From a virus (lineage: Duplodnaviria; Caudoviricetes), in the IMG/VR virus record IMGVR_UViG_3300037608_000036, positions 1-58,062 of that record: a DNA stretch of 58,062 nucleotides; one strand, 5' to 3'. Of this stretch, positions 19,888 to 30,015 are shown in pieces. The notes beneath the pieces are model-generated. The model searched no databases, had not been told where the DNA came from, and was given only the letters and a program-made list of their open reading frames with translations. Every line of letters begins with the position of its first letter. The first letter of the stretch is position 1. A program made the position numbers and the translations under genes.

Positions 19888-20081
19888 CAACAAGAGATCA
19901 ACTCTATCAGGCTTTTGGCCCCAAACTCATAGAGGTAATCGTTGATATTGTAATGGACGAAATAAACATCCTCCGGTCAAAAGCCAATCTTGCCCCAAGG
20001 ACTAAGCAGCAGTTGGTGGATGCTTTAAAAACACGGCTTGACGATACAACCGATTACGACTGGATGAACAGGCAACCTTAA
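19884..20081 (+). CDS. Hypothetical protein
   Basis: Translationally coupled ORF. Confidence 0.6.
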   Translation: MTTRDQLYQAFGPKLIEVIVDIVMDEINILRSKANLAPRTKQQLVDALKTRLDDTTDYDWMNRQP

Positions 20082-20489
20082 ATGGGCACAGCTCTCAAAT
20101 TCGTAAAAGTAAAAGACATCTTACAGATTCCGCGCTATCTCTTTGAGCAGGTCAAGCCGCAGGAATACAATATTGATAAACTTTACGAATGGGGGCCGGT
20201 CATTTTAAAGAACCCGGTCAATCTTGTGGGGGCTTTTATCGATAAAGAAGAAATCGTTAAAGGGGTCATGTGGTCGTCATTTGACCCGATTTCAAACAAA
20301 ATCCTTGTGCACCTTCTGTCGGTTGACAAGGTTTATTTTAAACGGGGAATTTTGCAGGAGGCCGAGGGAATTTTAAACAAATTTAAAAAGAAGCTGGGGG
20401 CCAATAAAATATCTTTTATGACCAGCAGACCGAAAGCGTTTGAAAAAATAATAGGTGCGCGTAAAGTCAAAGTAATTATGGAGAAATAG
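20082..20489 (+). CDS. GNAT-like small protein preceding the ejection genes
   Basis: 'LSVDKVYFKRGI' resembles acetyltransferase motif A; position typical of podoviruses. Confidence 0.5.
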   Translation: MGTALKFVKVKDILQIPRYLFEQVKPQEYNIDKLYEWGPVILKNPVNLVGAFIDKEEIVKGVMWSSFDPISNKILVHLLSVDKVYFKRGILQEAEGILNKFKKKLGANKISFMTSRPKAFEKIIGARKVKVIMEK

Positions 20490-20491
20490 CC

Positions 20492-21421
20492 ATGACTGAT
20501 TCCATGTTAGGAAGTGTCGATCCCTCAACGGTCGGAAGCGTGTCAAGTCTGACCGCAGAACAGGCCGAACTTTTACGAAAGCTCACAGGTCTGGTTACGG
20601 AACAGGTCGGAAAGGGAATAGAGCCGTATCCGGGAGACCTTGCGGCGGGGCCTTCTGATTTGCAGCAGCAATCATGGGGGGCGATCAGCGATTTGATTTC
20701 CGGAGGACGGACAGGGCCGTCTCAACAGGCCATTGAAAAGGTTCTGGGGGGAACTTCCGATGTCGGTGGAAAACTCAACGTCAAGGGTTATGATGTCGGT
20801 GAATTTGACCCCAAGGCCATTCAGGAATGGTATCAGAACGCTCTTGTCAAACCCGCTATGGATACATGGGAAAAGACGATTGCGCCTACAGTTCAGGAGA
20901 AGTTTATCTCGCGCAATGCGGGTTCTTCCGGGGCGGCCAACCGGGCGATTGCGGGTTCCGCTGAAGACATGATGTCTAAACTAAACGCTCAGCTCGCAAA
21001 CGCTCTAATGGGCGAAAAAGGAGCCTTTGATACCAAAAAATTCGAAGCCGGGATGGACGAGACAAATAAACAGTTTGGGGCCGATACCGACTTTATCAGC
21101 AGGCTTTTCCAGGGCGGGCAAGCCGATTTATCCAGGGCAACCCAAGTTCCGGGAATGCAGTCGCAATCAATGGACGATCTTTTTGAGGCCATCGGACTTG
21201 GGACCGAAGCGGGAGGGACGCAGCAGGGCATTACTCAGAAAGGCTTGCTTGAAGACCTTACTAAATGGGAACAGGGCCAAGCCTATAACAACCCCTGGCT
21301 GGAGTCGCTCGCCAAGATTATGGGGACCAAAGCGACCGAACCGGTTGTTTACGGCGGTGGATCACAGGAAGGATGGCTCAGCCCTGTTTCCAAAATTATC
21401 GGCAGCACAGACTGGGTATAA
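20492..21421 (+). CDS. DNA ejection/pilot protein
   Basis: Gln/Gly/Ala-rich helical sequence; position after the tail genes. Confidence 0.6.
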   Translation: MTDSMLGSVDPSTVGSVSSLTAEQAELLRKLTGLVTEQVGKGIEPYPGDLAAGPSDLQQQSWGAISDLISGGRTGPSQQAIEKVLGGTSDVGGKLNVKGYDVGEFDPKAIQEWYQNALVKPAMDTWEKTIAPTVQEKFISRNAGSSGAANRAIAGSAEDMMSKLNAQLANALMGEKGAFDTKKFEAGMDETNKQFGADTDFISRLFQGGQADLSRATQVPGMQSQSMDDLFEAIGLGTEAGGTQQGITQKGLLEDLTKWEQGQAYNNPWLESLAKIMGTKATEPVVYGGGSQEGWLSPVSKIIGSTDWV

Positions 21422-21424
21422 GTT

Positions 21425-22342
21425 ATGAAAATTACAACATACGCACGCTTTGAATGGGACGGAGAAAAATACGTCCTGATCGAAGAAGAAAGCTCCGAAT
21501 ATATTGGGCCGGTTGAGCTGTGTATGCCGTCTAATGACGACGATAACGACCGGGACGAAAGTTCCGATCCGAGTACGGACAGCTTTGGGGGGAATTTTGG
21601 CGGCGGAACATTCGGGGGAAGTGGTGATATAGGTGATCCCGACCCGTTTGGTCGAGGTTTACCGAGCGGGACAAGTATTGGAAGTTTAACCGATGCCAAA
21701 GAGACCGGCGGGTTTATGGACTTCATTGAAGGTTTGCTTGATAAGCTCAAGGGCCTTAAAGGGGCTGGCATCGGCGGGGTTGTCGGATCTACGGTTTTCC
21801 CTGGACTTGGGACAGTTCCGGGGGCGCTTTTGGGGCATGTGGCGCAAAGAGGATATGAAACGATTGCAGACCTTTTTGGACCCAAAGAAAAGACAGCGGT
21901 CGAAAAACAAAACGAGATGTTGGCAGACCCGAAGAATATGGAATATTCCCTTGAGGCGCGTTCTCCCGTTCGCACCCGTGAAGAAATGGCCGAACTGGAA
22001 CGAGCTGCAAACGCTAAACACAACGCAAATATAGTTGGAACGGCTTTCGGACTGCCGGCCGGACTTGGAATAGGATTGTCTCCTCTTGGAATGGCCAAGC
22101 GGGGAGGGAGTCTGGCACAAAGCATCAATGATATGTTCGGAGATCCGTCTAAAGAAACGTCTTTTAATAGAGAGGCGTGGTCCGCCGGTCCTGCCGATCC
22201 GATTCCGAACACAAGCGCAGATACAGGCGAACTTCCACAGAGCGGAGACTTTGATCTTCTGGCTGCATTGTTCGAAAAGCAGGGCGGAACAGCCCTTAAT
22301 AGTTTTTTAAACAGCCTTCTGGGTAAGGAGGAACGGGTATGA
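21425..22342 (+). CDS. Putative ejection/pilot protein
   Basis: 'EYIGPVELC' leader motif; Gly-rich hydrophobic glycine-zipper segments. Confidence 0.55.
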   Translation: MKITTYARFEWDGEKYVLIEEESSEYIGPVELCMPSNDDDNDRDESSDPSTDSFGGNFGGGTFGGSGDIGDPDPFGRGLPSGTSIGSLTDAKETGGFMDFIEGLLDKLKGLKGAGIGGVVGSTVFPGLGTVPGALLGHVAQRGYETIADLFGPKEKTAVEKQNEMLADPKNMEYSLEARSPVRTREEMAELERAANAKHNANIVGTAFGLPAGLGIGLSPLGMAKRGGSLAQSINDMFGDPSKETSFNREAWSAGPADPIPNTSADTGELPQSGDFDLLAALFEKQGGTALNSFLNSLLGKEERV

Positions 22343-23391
22343 CAATCTTTGTACCGGGCAGACATACCGGACCTTTAGGCGTAGGGCTCCCTGGGGAAGC
22401 TAACAGCCTTGCCGACACGATTCTACAGGGAATTATGCACCAAAGGGATTTACAGAAAAAACAGACCGACAGACGCGAGCTTGATTGGATTTTCGGGACC
22501 ATGGGGGAAACGAGCGGCGAAGAATTTGCTAAACAGATTATGGCCAATCAAACCCTCAGTCCGAAAGGTCGGGAGGAGGGCATCAAGCGTCTTACCGATC
22601 AGGCGGCGCTGCGACTGTCGGACGCACAGGCAAAGCACTACGAAACGCCGAAAACAGTCAAGCCGGAGTACGGGACGGTCTGGGGTACAAAAGACGGAGC
22701 GACATGGGAACCGCTTGAAGTTGCCAAGGGGTCGGCAAACGAGGATATTAAAGAGTACCGTCAGGCCGGATATACGGATTTCAGAAAAGAACCGCCTGCC
22801 AAAGAAAAGCCTGCTTACGGTACGATCCATGCTTCAAAATCGGGAGACCCGAATTCCGCAAAAGTGATCGAGTATGAAAAGGGTCAGCTGGAACAAAAAG
22901 AGGCCGAGCTAAGAGAGAAGGGTTACGATACTTTCAGAGAAAAAGAACCCACAGAAGAAAAACCGGGCGAATTTGAAAGGCTGTTAAATCAACTGGAAAA
23001 GACTGGAAAAATTACAACCGGACAAAAAGAAAAAGAAATCAGGAAAAGAATACAAAAACTGGTAGAGTCCGGGAAGGACGGTGATGAAACCAATAAAATC
23101 ACCCTTGGAGACGGTCAAAGCGTAACGCTGGCCGAACTCAGGGCTCAATATCGGGAAAAATATAATATTCCGGATGAATTCGAATTGCAGATGATGGAGT
23201 TAAATCCGGACCCCTTGGTCAGACAACAGGCGACCAGGCTGAAAGCTGAAGCTGCGACCAAACCAAACTTTGTTGATTTTATGATGGACGCCAAGAAAAA
23301 CGGCTTGGAGGGATTGCGGCCGGAAGCCAAAAGGCCCACTTCGGGGTCAGGCGTTCCGCCGCCGCCTCCGGGCTTTACAATAGACAGGTAG
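22339..23391 (+). CDS. Putative internal virion (ejection) protein
   Basis: Charged; two KPxYGT...GYxxFRxxxP repeats; 'PPPPPGF' tail. Confidence 0.55.
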   Translation: MTIFVPGRHTGPLGVGLPGEANSLADTILQGIMHQRDLQKKQTDRRELDWIFGTMGETSGEEFAKQIMANQTLSPKGREEGIKRLTDQAALRLSDAQAKHYETPKTVKPEYGTVWGTKDGATWEPLEVAKGSANEDIKEYRQAGYTDFRKEPPAKEKPAYGTIHASKSGDPNSAKVIEYEKGQLEQKEAELREKGYDTFREKEPTEEKPGEFERLLNQLEKTGKITTGQKEKEIRKRIQKLVESGKDGDETNKITLGDGQSVTLAELRAQYREKYNIPDEFELQMMELNPDPLVRQQATRLKAEAATKPNFVDFMMDAKKNGLEGLRPEAKRPTSGSGVPPPPPGFTIDR

Positions 23392-23394
23392 ACC

Positions 23395-26300
23395 ATGGCG
23401 ATTACCGCAACAAATCCGACGACCGGGCAAAGGATGATCCTTTCGGAAAACCAGTGGATCTCGCTTGAAGATTTTGGAAAGCAGGGCCAGCCGGGCAAGG
23501 TTTTAATGACACCTGCCGAAAAAAGGTTCCGCGACTGGTATGCTGTGCAAGCCGAAAAGGCCGGACTATCCCCCGATCCTGATGATCCGTTGCATAAATA
23601 CGATTACCGGGCGGCATTTGCGGCAGGGCAGGGGCCGGAACTTTCCTCGGAAGATAATCAATATCATTGGCCGTCTCAATTTAAGGCGCCGGACCATCCG
23701 AATCGGTTTGTTAATGGAATGGACACAAAAACTGGACAGCCCGTGCCCGAATGGGAGCTTAAGACAAAACTCTTTAGTCAAAGCAGAACACAGACTGCAA
23801 CCAATCCTGAAACAGGGGAGAAAGTCTTTCTGGACCATGAAACCAATATATGGTTGCCGATGCCGAAAGGCCCAAAAGAGAGCCAAGATACGTTTTTTAA
23901 ACGTGTAGGAAAAGCGTGGGAAACCGGCAAGGCGCAAAATACGTTGGGGCAACTCCGCTACCAGCAATTAACAGGAAACGACACGCCCGAAATTCAGAAA
24001 AACATCGATAAAATCAAAGCCTCTATTCCGCCTCGCGATAAAGTTAAAAGGAGTCTGCCAGAAAGAGCTATTACGGGCGCTGCGGAAATGCTGCCGATCC
24101 AGATTGAAGGATTAAAAAAGGGATCTGAAAGAGGTTTGGCGCTTGGCATGGGGGCGGGTGCGCTTGCAGCTCTTGCCGGGCAGGCCGGGCCGCAAGTTGC
24201 TTTACCGGAAGAAATAATAACGGTTCCAGCGGCTTTCGCCGGAATGTACGGGGTTGGCGCGATATCTGGTGCAACCGAAAATATAGGGCAAATTGAGGCT
24301 GGATTAGCCTATGACGAATTACTTGATTTGAAAGACGACAAGGACAGGAGGTTAAATCCAACTATAGCCAAAGCTGCGGCCAGCGGCGTAGGGGTTGTTA
24401 ACGGACTAATCGAACTGTCTCAGATAAAACTTTTATTAAAAACAATTCCTGGCGGAGAGAAAATCCTTACGGGGGCAGTTAGGGAAGCTACTAAAAAGGT
24501 TATGAAAAGCAAGGCTCTTAATAACTTGGCCCTAAAATATGCCGGGAAATACGGAATGTTTATTGCCGGGGAAACCGCACAGGAAATAGGACAAGAATCA
24601 ACAAATATTGTAGCCGGTGAATTGGCTAAATCTCTTTCAAACGAACTTGAAAAATCAAATATTCCGGCAGCAACCAGAGAAGAAATCGTAAACAGGCTGA
24701 CGGATACAGCGGAACAATCGGCCTTATCGTTTGCAGCCATGGGCCTTCCTGGCACGGTTGTTAGCGGAGTTTCAGAAAGGGGAAAAATAACAAAACCCGA
24801 TATTCCGCCGGATAACAATATTATATCTCGAATTAAATCCGACCTTGAAACCGGAGCGATCAGCCTCGATCAAGTCAAGGCGCTACGCGACAGGGTGCCA
24901 GAAAACATCAAGACCTTTCTGGATCAGATTATTGCCGAGCAGAAGCAGACCGGACCGGATAAATTGTTTGAGGCGCAGACCCCAGAAGAACAGGCGGCAA
25001 TTAAATCAGAGATTGACAGACAGAGGGCGGGGATTCCCAAACCAAAACCCGACTTGTCTGCCCAGACACGCGCAGCCAATCAGGCCGAAATCGACCGACT
25101 GGCCGAGGCCGAAAGGCAGGAAGCACTTAAAGCAGCTGGTCTGGTTAAGCCTGCTATCGTGCCAGGCGCAGCAGTTGACGACATTCGTCAGCGTCAAGAA
25201 ATTGCCCGAAGAACCGGTCAGGTCATAGATCCCGAAAGAGGCGGATTTGATGTTGTTCCTTCCACCGCTATTCCCATGGCCAGCGAAGGCATGACGGCGA
25301 CCAATCCCAAGACTGGGGAACGGGTCATTCTTAAAGATGGATCATGGGTGCCGTATATCGACGAAGGCGACGGAGTTGTTTCCACGGTCAGCAAGGAAAC
25401 AAGGAAGCAGAAGGTCATTCCTGAGACGATCCCGGAAACCCCTATGGCAGAGGTAGGGGAGGCCAAGCAAGCCCCTGAAATCGAGGCACAGGCCGCGGAG
25501 GAAGCGACGAAAACAAAAGCCCCCGCACCCTCTAAGTTTGCCAAAATCAAACCCACCGTTTCAAAGGTTACGACTCTCCGGGGCATGATTAAAAAGATGG
25601 GGCATATCAACCCTGTCAATTTCAAGGGCGAAGTCAACGACTGGCCTACCGCCGCCAAGTACATGCTTAAAAAAGACGGCCTTCCTATCGACATCATTGA
25701 AAAAGGCTTAAAAGACGAAGGCTGGCTCAAACCCGATGAAGACCTGCTCGAACTTCTGAGAACCGACAAGGACGCCCTGAAACGTGGCAAGGTTGCCGGC
25801 GAAATGACAGCTGGAGAGACCGGAAAGAAAACCGAATTTCAGAAGAAAGAGGAGGCCGAAAAGCTAAAGGAACGCGAACCCGAAGGCCCACCGGAAGGCA
25901 GATACCGAACCGTCAGAGTCGATGAGCTTCCCGATGGCCACACCTTAACCATCATTGAAAACCGCACAAAGGACGGATGGGACGAATATGAGGTCATAAA
26001 AACCAAAGAAGGCGTCACCCTGCAGGACGGCGTAAAACTTGAACTGGAACCCTGGGATCAGGTTGAAGTCCTGGAAAGCGATTTACCGAAGGTAGAGCAG
26101 AAGGCGGAATCCAAACCGTACCTGCCAAAAGAATCATTGGCTCCGATACATAAAAAATTAAAAACCGACGATATTTTAAAAGAAGCCTTACGATGGCAGG
26201 GCGCACACATCAATGCTGAAAAAGAGTTTGTTGAACGTAACGACAAACGCGGTCAATATGAAGTCGCAAAAACAAGCGGTAAGAGCCAGCTTGATTCTTA

Positions 26301-26877
26301 CCTTATTAAGAAGTTTGGAATCGACCGAGCGGCAGCCCACGAAATTGCGAACGACATAACGGCGAGAAACCTAAAGCCTGACACCGACGCAAATGTTGAC
26401 GACTTTGCCGGAGAAGAATGGGCCGACTTTGCAATCTCGAAAAGAGAAAAGCCTAAATTCATCAACGAAACCCCCGGAGCCATCGAGGTCAAGACCCCCG
26501 CAGAGCTATCTTTAAGGCAAGATCAGTTCGGCAAGCAGCGCCCGACCCCGATAGGCGAAGCGGTCAGCAAAAAGAATCAGCAGGGATTGGGACTTGTCGT
26601 TGAGGACAGAAAGCAGCCGGGGTTGTTTGGGAAGAAGGTCGAACCGGTATCGAAGAAGGAACCCGAAGCTCCCGAAATCACCGAACCTGCGAAGTCCAGC
26701 ACACAGGCTACGCCCGAATACACCCCCGAACAGCTTGCCTCAATAGAGGTCAATATCAAAGCCGTCAAAGAGGACACAGGTTCAATTTTCACGATCAAGG
26801 AAAAAGCGGATAAGGCATTAAAGGAAATCGACGAGCAGATTGAAACCTATTACGCTCTTTTGGATTGCGTATCATGA
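23395..26877 (+). CDS. Large internal virion/ejection protein
   Basis: 1160 aa; three TATNPxTG modules; Gly/Ala membrane-like core ('EIGQE' motif). Confidence 0.65.
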   Translation: MAITATNPTTGQRMILSENQWISLEDFGKQGQPGKVLMTPAEKRFRDWYAVQAEKAGLSPDPDDPLHKYDYRAAFAAGQGPELSSEDNQYHWPSQFKAPDHPNRFVNGMDTKTGQPVPEWELKTKLFSQSRTQTATNPETGEKVFLDHETNIWLPMPKGPKESQDTFFKRVGKAWETGKAQNTLGQLRYQQLTGNDTPEIQKNIDKIKASIPPRDKVKRSLPERAITGAAEMLPIQIEGLKKGSERGLALGMGAGALAALAGQAGPQVALPEEIITVPAAFAGMYGVGAISGATENIGQIEAGLAYDELLDLKDDKDRRLNPTIAKAAASGVGVVNGLIELSQIKLLLKTIPGGEKILTGAVREATKKVMKSKALNNLALKYAGKYGMFIAGETAQEIGQESTNIVAGELAKSLSNELEKSNIPAATREEIVNRLTDTAEQSALSFAAMGLPGTVVSGVSERGKITKPDIPPDNNIISRIKSDLETGAISLDQVKALRDRVPENIKTFLDQIIAEQKQTGPDKLFEAQTPEEQAAIKSEIDRQRAGIPKPKPDLSAQTRAANQAEIDRLAEAERQEALKAAGLVKPAIVPGAAVDDIRQRQEIARRTGQVIDPERGGFDVVPSTAIPMASEGMTATNPKTGERVILKDGSWVPYIDEGDGVVSTVSKETRKQKVIPETIPETPMAEVGEAKQAPEIEAQAAEEATKTKAPAPSKFAKIKPTVSKVTTLRGMIKKMGHINPVNFKGEVNDWPTAAKYMLKKDGLPIDIIEKGLKDEGWLKPDEDLLELLRTDKDALKRGKVAGEMTAGETGKKTEFQKKEEAEKLKEREPEGPPEGRYRTVRVDELPDGHTLTIIENRTKDGWDEYEVIKTKEGVTLQDGVKLELEPWDQVEVLESDLPKVEQKAESKPYLPKESLAPIHKKLKTDDILKEALRWQGAHINAEKEFVERNDKRGQYEVAKTSGKSQLDSYLIKKFGIDRAAAHEIANDITARNLKPDTDANVDDFAGEEWADFAISKREKPKFINETPGAIEVKTPAELSLRQDQFGKQRPTPIGEAVSKKNQQGLGLVVEDRKQPGLFGKKVEPVSKKEPEAPEITEPAKSSTQATPEYTPEQLASIEVNIKAVKEDTGSIFTIKEKADKALKEIDEQIETYYALLDCVS

Positions 26878-27164
26878 GAGTCATACAAAAAGAAGACCTG
26901 AGAGACCTGAGAAAAAACCGGCAGATTCTAAGCAAGGAAACTGCACCGGAAAAGAAGCCTGAGCCTAAAAATGAGCTGATTGAAACCCTGAAAAGGCTGA
27001 CGGCCGCAATGGAGCTGGCCATCGCAAGACCGGCCCCACAGGTGACGGTTGAGGCCCCGGTAGTCAACGTGGACATACCCAAGCCGGCAAACAAGTGGAA
27101 ATTCAAAGTAGGCAGAAACAACAGCGGGTTTATATCGGACATAATCGCCGAGCGGCTGGAATGA
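26874..27164 (+). CDS. Hypothetical protein
   Basis: ATGA overlap with the upstream stop; 'PQVTVEAPVVNV..W.F.V.R..SG.I' motif. Confidence 0.65.
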   Translation: MRVIQKEDLRDLRKNRQILSKETAPEKKPEPKNELIETLKRLTAAMELAIARPAPQVTVEAPVVNVDIPKPANKWKFKVGRNNSGFISDIIAERLE

Positions 27165-27224
27165 ACTTGAGGTTTACATTCGTATCATAACCGCCGAGAT
27201 GACCGGCGCATGGGAGGGTGAGAA

Positions 27225-27566
27225 GTGGCACTAAAAAACTTTGAATTTATCCAGGGCAAAATTGTTCCGAGGCCGTGGGGCACAGAATACCGATTTTCGG
27301 CAAAAGATCCTGATGGCAGAATTTGGAACGAAATTGTGATGTTGCCTGATGAAAAAGCCGACGAAAAAACTATTCAGGGTTTGATACAAGCTCATTTGGA
27401 TAGGGTGTCGGTAAAAATGTCGGACGATATTCCACTGATAATAAACATAGATGATCAAGCAGTTGAGAAATATTTGATTGAACATGCATATATCGAGCCG
27501 AATCAGACATTGAGTGATGTCAAAACAGCGCTTGCAAAAGAAGCAACGATTGAGGCGGTGAAATAA
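27225..27566 (+). CDS. Hypothetical protein
   Basis: GGAGGGTG RBS, GTG start, AT-rich. Confidence 0.65.
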   Translation: MALKNFEFIQGKIVPRPWGTEYRFSAKDPDGRIWNEIVMLPDEKADEKTIQGLIQAHLDRVSVKMSDDIPLIINIDDQAVEKYLIEHAYIEPNQTLSDVKTALAKEATIEAVK

Positions 27567-29830
27567 TGGCAACACGATATGCGGTGGCAAGCGGGGTTTA
27601 TTCTGATGCGGCTAATGTCTGGTCGGATACAGATGGTGGTGCTCCGGGTTCATATGTTCCGGTTGACGGCGATACGTTTGTGGTACTGGCCGGAGTAAAT
27701 GTCAAGATGGACATAGATATGTCTGCCTGGACTGGTCTGGCCGGAGCAAATACTATTCGCGGCGGGGCAACTCCCGGAATGCTGTATTTTGCCAACGGGG
27801 ATGATGGGCATCTGAAATTCCGTACTGGCGCAACTCTGGTCGGGACAACCAGCACTAATCGCGGTCGGCTGTTGGCAAACTCCGATGGCTCCTGGGGTAC
27901 AACTACGGCGCTGCAAAACAGCAATAAAGCTGTGATTGATATGCAGGGCACAGCAAAAATTATTGCTACGGATTTAGACATTGCGCTTTATTGTACTCAG
28001 CCGGCAAATTTGTTTGTACACTGCTACGGCACCAAATACAATTTTACAGGAGATACGGCGGTTGATCCTGCCACCGATATAATCGATTTGGGCACTCCCC
28101 CTCCTGCTGCCGGAACAGATGTAATTTTGTTGCCAAACGGAGCAGCAGTTTTGCCGACTGGATTGTTAGCTGATTGCGTATATTATGTCAGAGCTGTTGT
28201 CGGCAATACCTGTAAACTGGCGTTGACAAATTCCGATACTCCGATAGTTGATATTACCGCCGATGGATCGGGTACGATCAGCATGCTAACAGAGCAGGCC
28301 AGCGGCACAGCAATATTAAATGTTTTTGAGGACGTTACTGCCGATGCGCCCTGGAGCGCTGCTGCGGGGCATGATAGAGTGGTATTGGCGGATGCTTTAG
28401 CTCCAGAGAGTTACGATCAGCAGCGCACCACGATTGCTTCCATAGATAGCGCCAGCCAAATTACATTAGCGGAAAACGTAGATTCTGCACAATTCGCCGG
28501 TGCAAGATTATATTTGAGCAGTCGCAACATAAGTGTGCGATCTTACAATAATGTTGCGACCCAAAATATCGTAGAATATTCCACCGATAGTACCCACGGG
28601 GGGGTGTTTCAGTGCGAAATTGTAAACACATACGGAACAGGCACATCGTTTTATGGCTCCGGCATTAACTACGGCTCCGGGCACACGATGTCCGGAACCG
28701 TGATGGGATGCACCTACGGCATTAACTCCGGCTCCGGGCACACGATATCCGGCACCATGATGGGATGCAACTTCGGCATTAACTCCGGCTCCGGGCACAC
28801 GATATCCGGAACCGTGATGGGATGCAACTACGGCATTAACTCCGGCTCCGGGCACACGATATCCGGCACCATGATGGGATGCAACTTCGGCATTAACTCC
28901 GGCTCCGGGCACACGATATCCGGCACCATGATGGGATGCAACTTCGGCATTTACTCCGGCTCCGGGCACACGATGTCCGGCACCATGATGGGATGCACCT
29001 ACGGCATTTACTACGGCTCCGGGAACACGATATCCGGCACCATGATGGGATGCAACTTCGGCATTTACTACGGCTCCGGACACACGATGTCCGGCACCAT
29101 GATGGGATGCAACTACGGCATTTACTCCGGCTCCGGACACACGATATCCGGCACCATGATGGGATGCAACTACGGCATTTACTACGGCTCCGGGAACACG
29201 ATATCCGGGACAGTAAAAAATAACACTTACGATTTCCGGTTTCCAGCCGGAAATATAACTGTCAAATCAGGCGCAGACGTAACTTATAATTTGTACGAAC
29301 GAAATGTTGTGGGCTATATAGGGCGAATTTCACAAGAGGATTTCGGGCAGGTGTTTGGGACTCACAAGGTCACTGATGCATTCGGTGATGTTTTAAAAAC
29401 GGCGTGCGATGGTACAGGAGACGCGCCAAGCCAGGACCCGGATGGGGCTAACGGATACTGTGTCGAGGCGAGCAATATACAATTAAATTTATCCAGCATT
29501 AATCCCTTATTGCTTGTTCCAAACCAGAGGATCTGGCTGACGGCAGCAGAGCACACCATTACATTTAAGGTGCAGACAACGTATGCAGGCATTTCAGCCG
29601 GGAATTTAAAATTATCCGCATCGTATATCAGCACGGAAAGTCCCGTCGCACGCACCGTAGCAACAAACGCACCGGCAATCAGCCAAAGAGGTAGTGCTAC
29701 TGATTGGACGCAAACTCTGGCGGTAACGATTACTCCCGCTGTGGCAGGTTTTGTTGATCTAAAAATTGAATTAATGGAATATGAGGACGGTAATGAAGTG
29801 TACATTTGGCCGACTCCGGTGATCAGCTAA
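27566..29830 (+). CDS. Tailspike / receptor-binding protein with right-handed beta-helix repeats
   Basis: 754 aa; about ten 19-aa repeats GI(N/Y)(S/Y)GSG(H/N)T(I/M)SGT(M/V)MGC(N/T)(Y/F). Confidence 0.75.
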   Translation: MATRYAVASGVYSDAANVWSDTDGGAPGSYVPVDGDTFVVLAGVNVKMDIDMSAWTGLAGANTIRGGATPGMLYFANGDDGHLKFRTGATLVGTTSTNRGRLLANSDGSWGTTTALQNSNKAVIDMQGTAKIIATDLDIALYCTQPANLFVHCYGTKYNFTGDTAVDPATDIIDLGTPPPAAGTDVILLPNGAAVLPTGLLADCVYYVRAVVGNTCKLALTNSDTPIVDITADGSGTISMLTEQASGTAILNVFEDVTADAPWSAAAGHDRVVLADALAPESYDQQRTTIASIDSASQITLAENVDSAQFAGARLYLSSRNISVRSYNNVATQNIVEYSTDSTHGGVFQCEIVNTYGTGTSFYGSGINYGSGHTMSGTVMGCTYGINSGSGHTISGTMMGCNFGINSGSGHTISGTVMGCNYGINSGSGHTISGTMMGCNFGINSGSGHTISGTMMGCNFGIYSGSGHTMSGTMMGCTYGIYYGSGNTISGTMMGCNFGIYYGSGHTMSGTMMGCNYGIYSGSGHTISGTMMGCNYGIYYGSGNTISGTVKNNTYDFRFPAGNITVKSGADVTYNLYERNVVGYIGRISQEDFGQVFGTHKVTDAFGDVLKTACDGTGDAPSQDPDGANGYCVEASNIQLNLSSINPLLLVPNQRIWLTAAEHTITFKVQTTYAGISAGNLKLSASYISTESPVARTVATNAPAISQRGSATDWTQTLAVTITPAVAGFVDLKIELMEYEDGNEVYIWPTPVIS
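28661..29209 (+). repeat. 57-bp in-frame tandem array (9 full units plus 1 partial)
   Basis: Units start at 28661, 28718, 28775, 28832, 28889, 28946, 29003, 29060, 29117 and 29174. Confidence 0.97.
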
Positions 29831-30012
29831 TGGCGACCGATAAAACAGCAGTATGGCATGATGGAGAATGTGTACTCTGGTACACGCCGACCAGTAATTT
29901 AGATGTATTTTGGAGCGATGGCGAAGCGTGTTTGCTGGATGAATATGTAGCCGCCGGGGGCGAGTCGATTCCGGTTGCTATGCACCATTATCTACATAAT
30001 TTAGGGAGATAG
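29830..30012 (+). CDS. Small hypothetical protein
   Basis: TAATG coupling; duplicated VxWxDGExxL motif. Confidence 0.6.
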   Translation: MATDKTAVWHDGECVLWYTPTSNLDVFWSDGEACLLDEYVAAGGESIPVAMHHYLHNLGR

Positions 30013-30015
30013 TAA

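Noticed and set aside
28661-29209. CRISPR array
   Set aside because: Units are contiguous and in frame with no unique spacers; no cas operon
28508-29223. Alternative-frame repeat ORFs (28508..29140 minus, 28936..29223 plus); likewise 52131..52362
   Set aside because: Stop-free shadows of tandem repeats with no RBS
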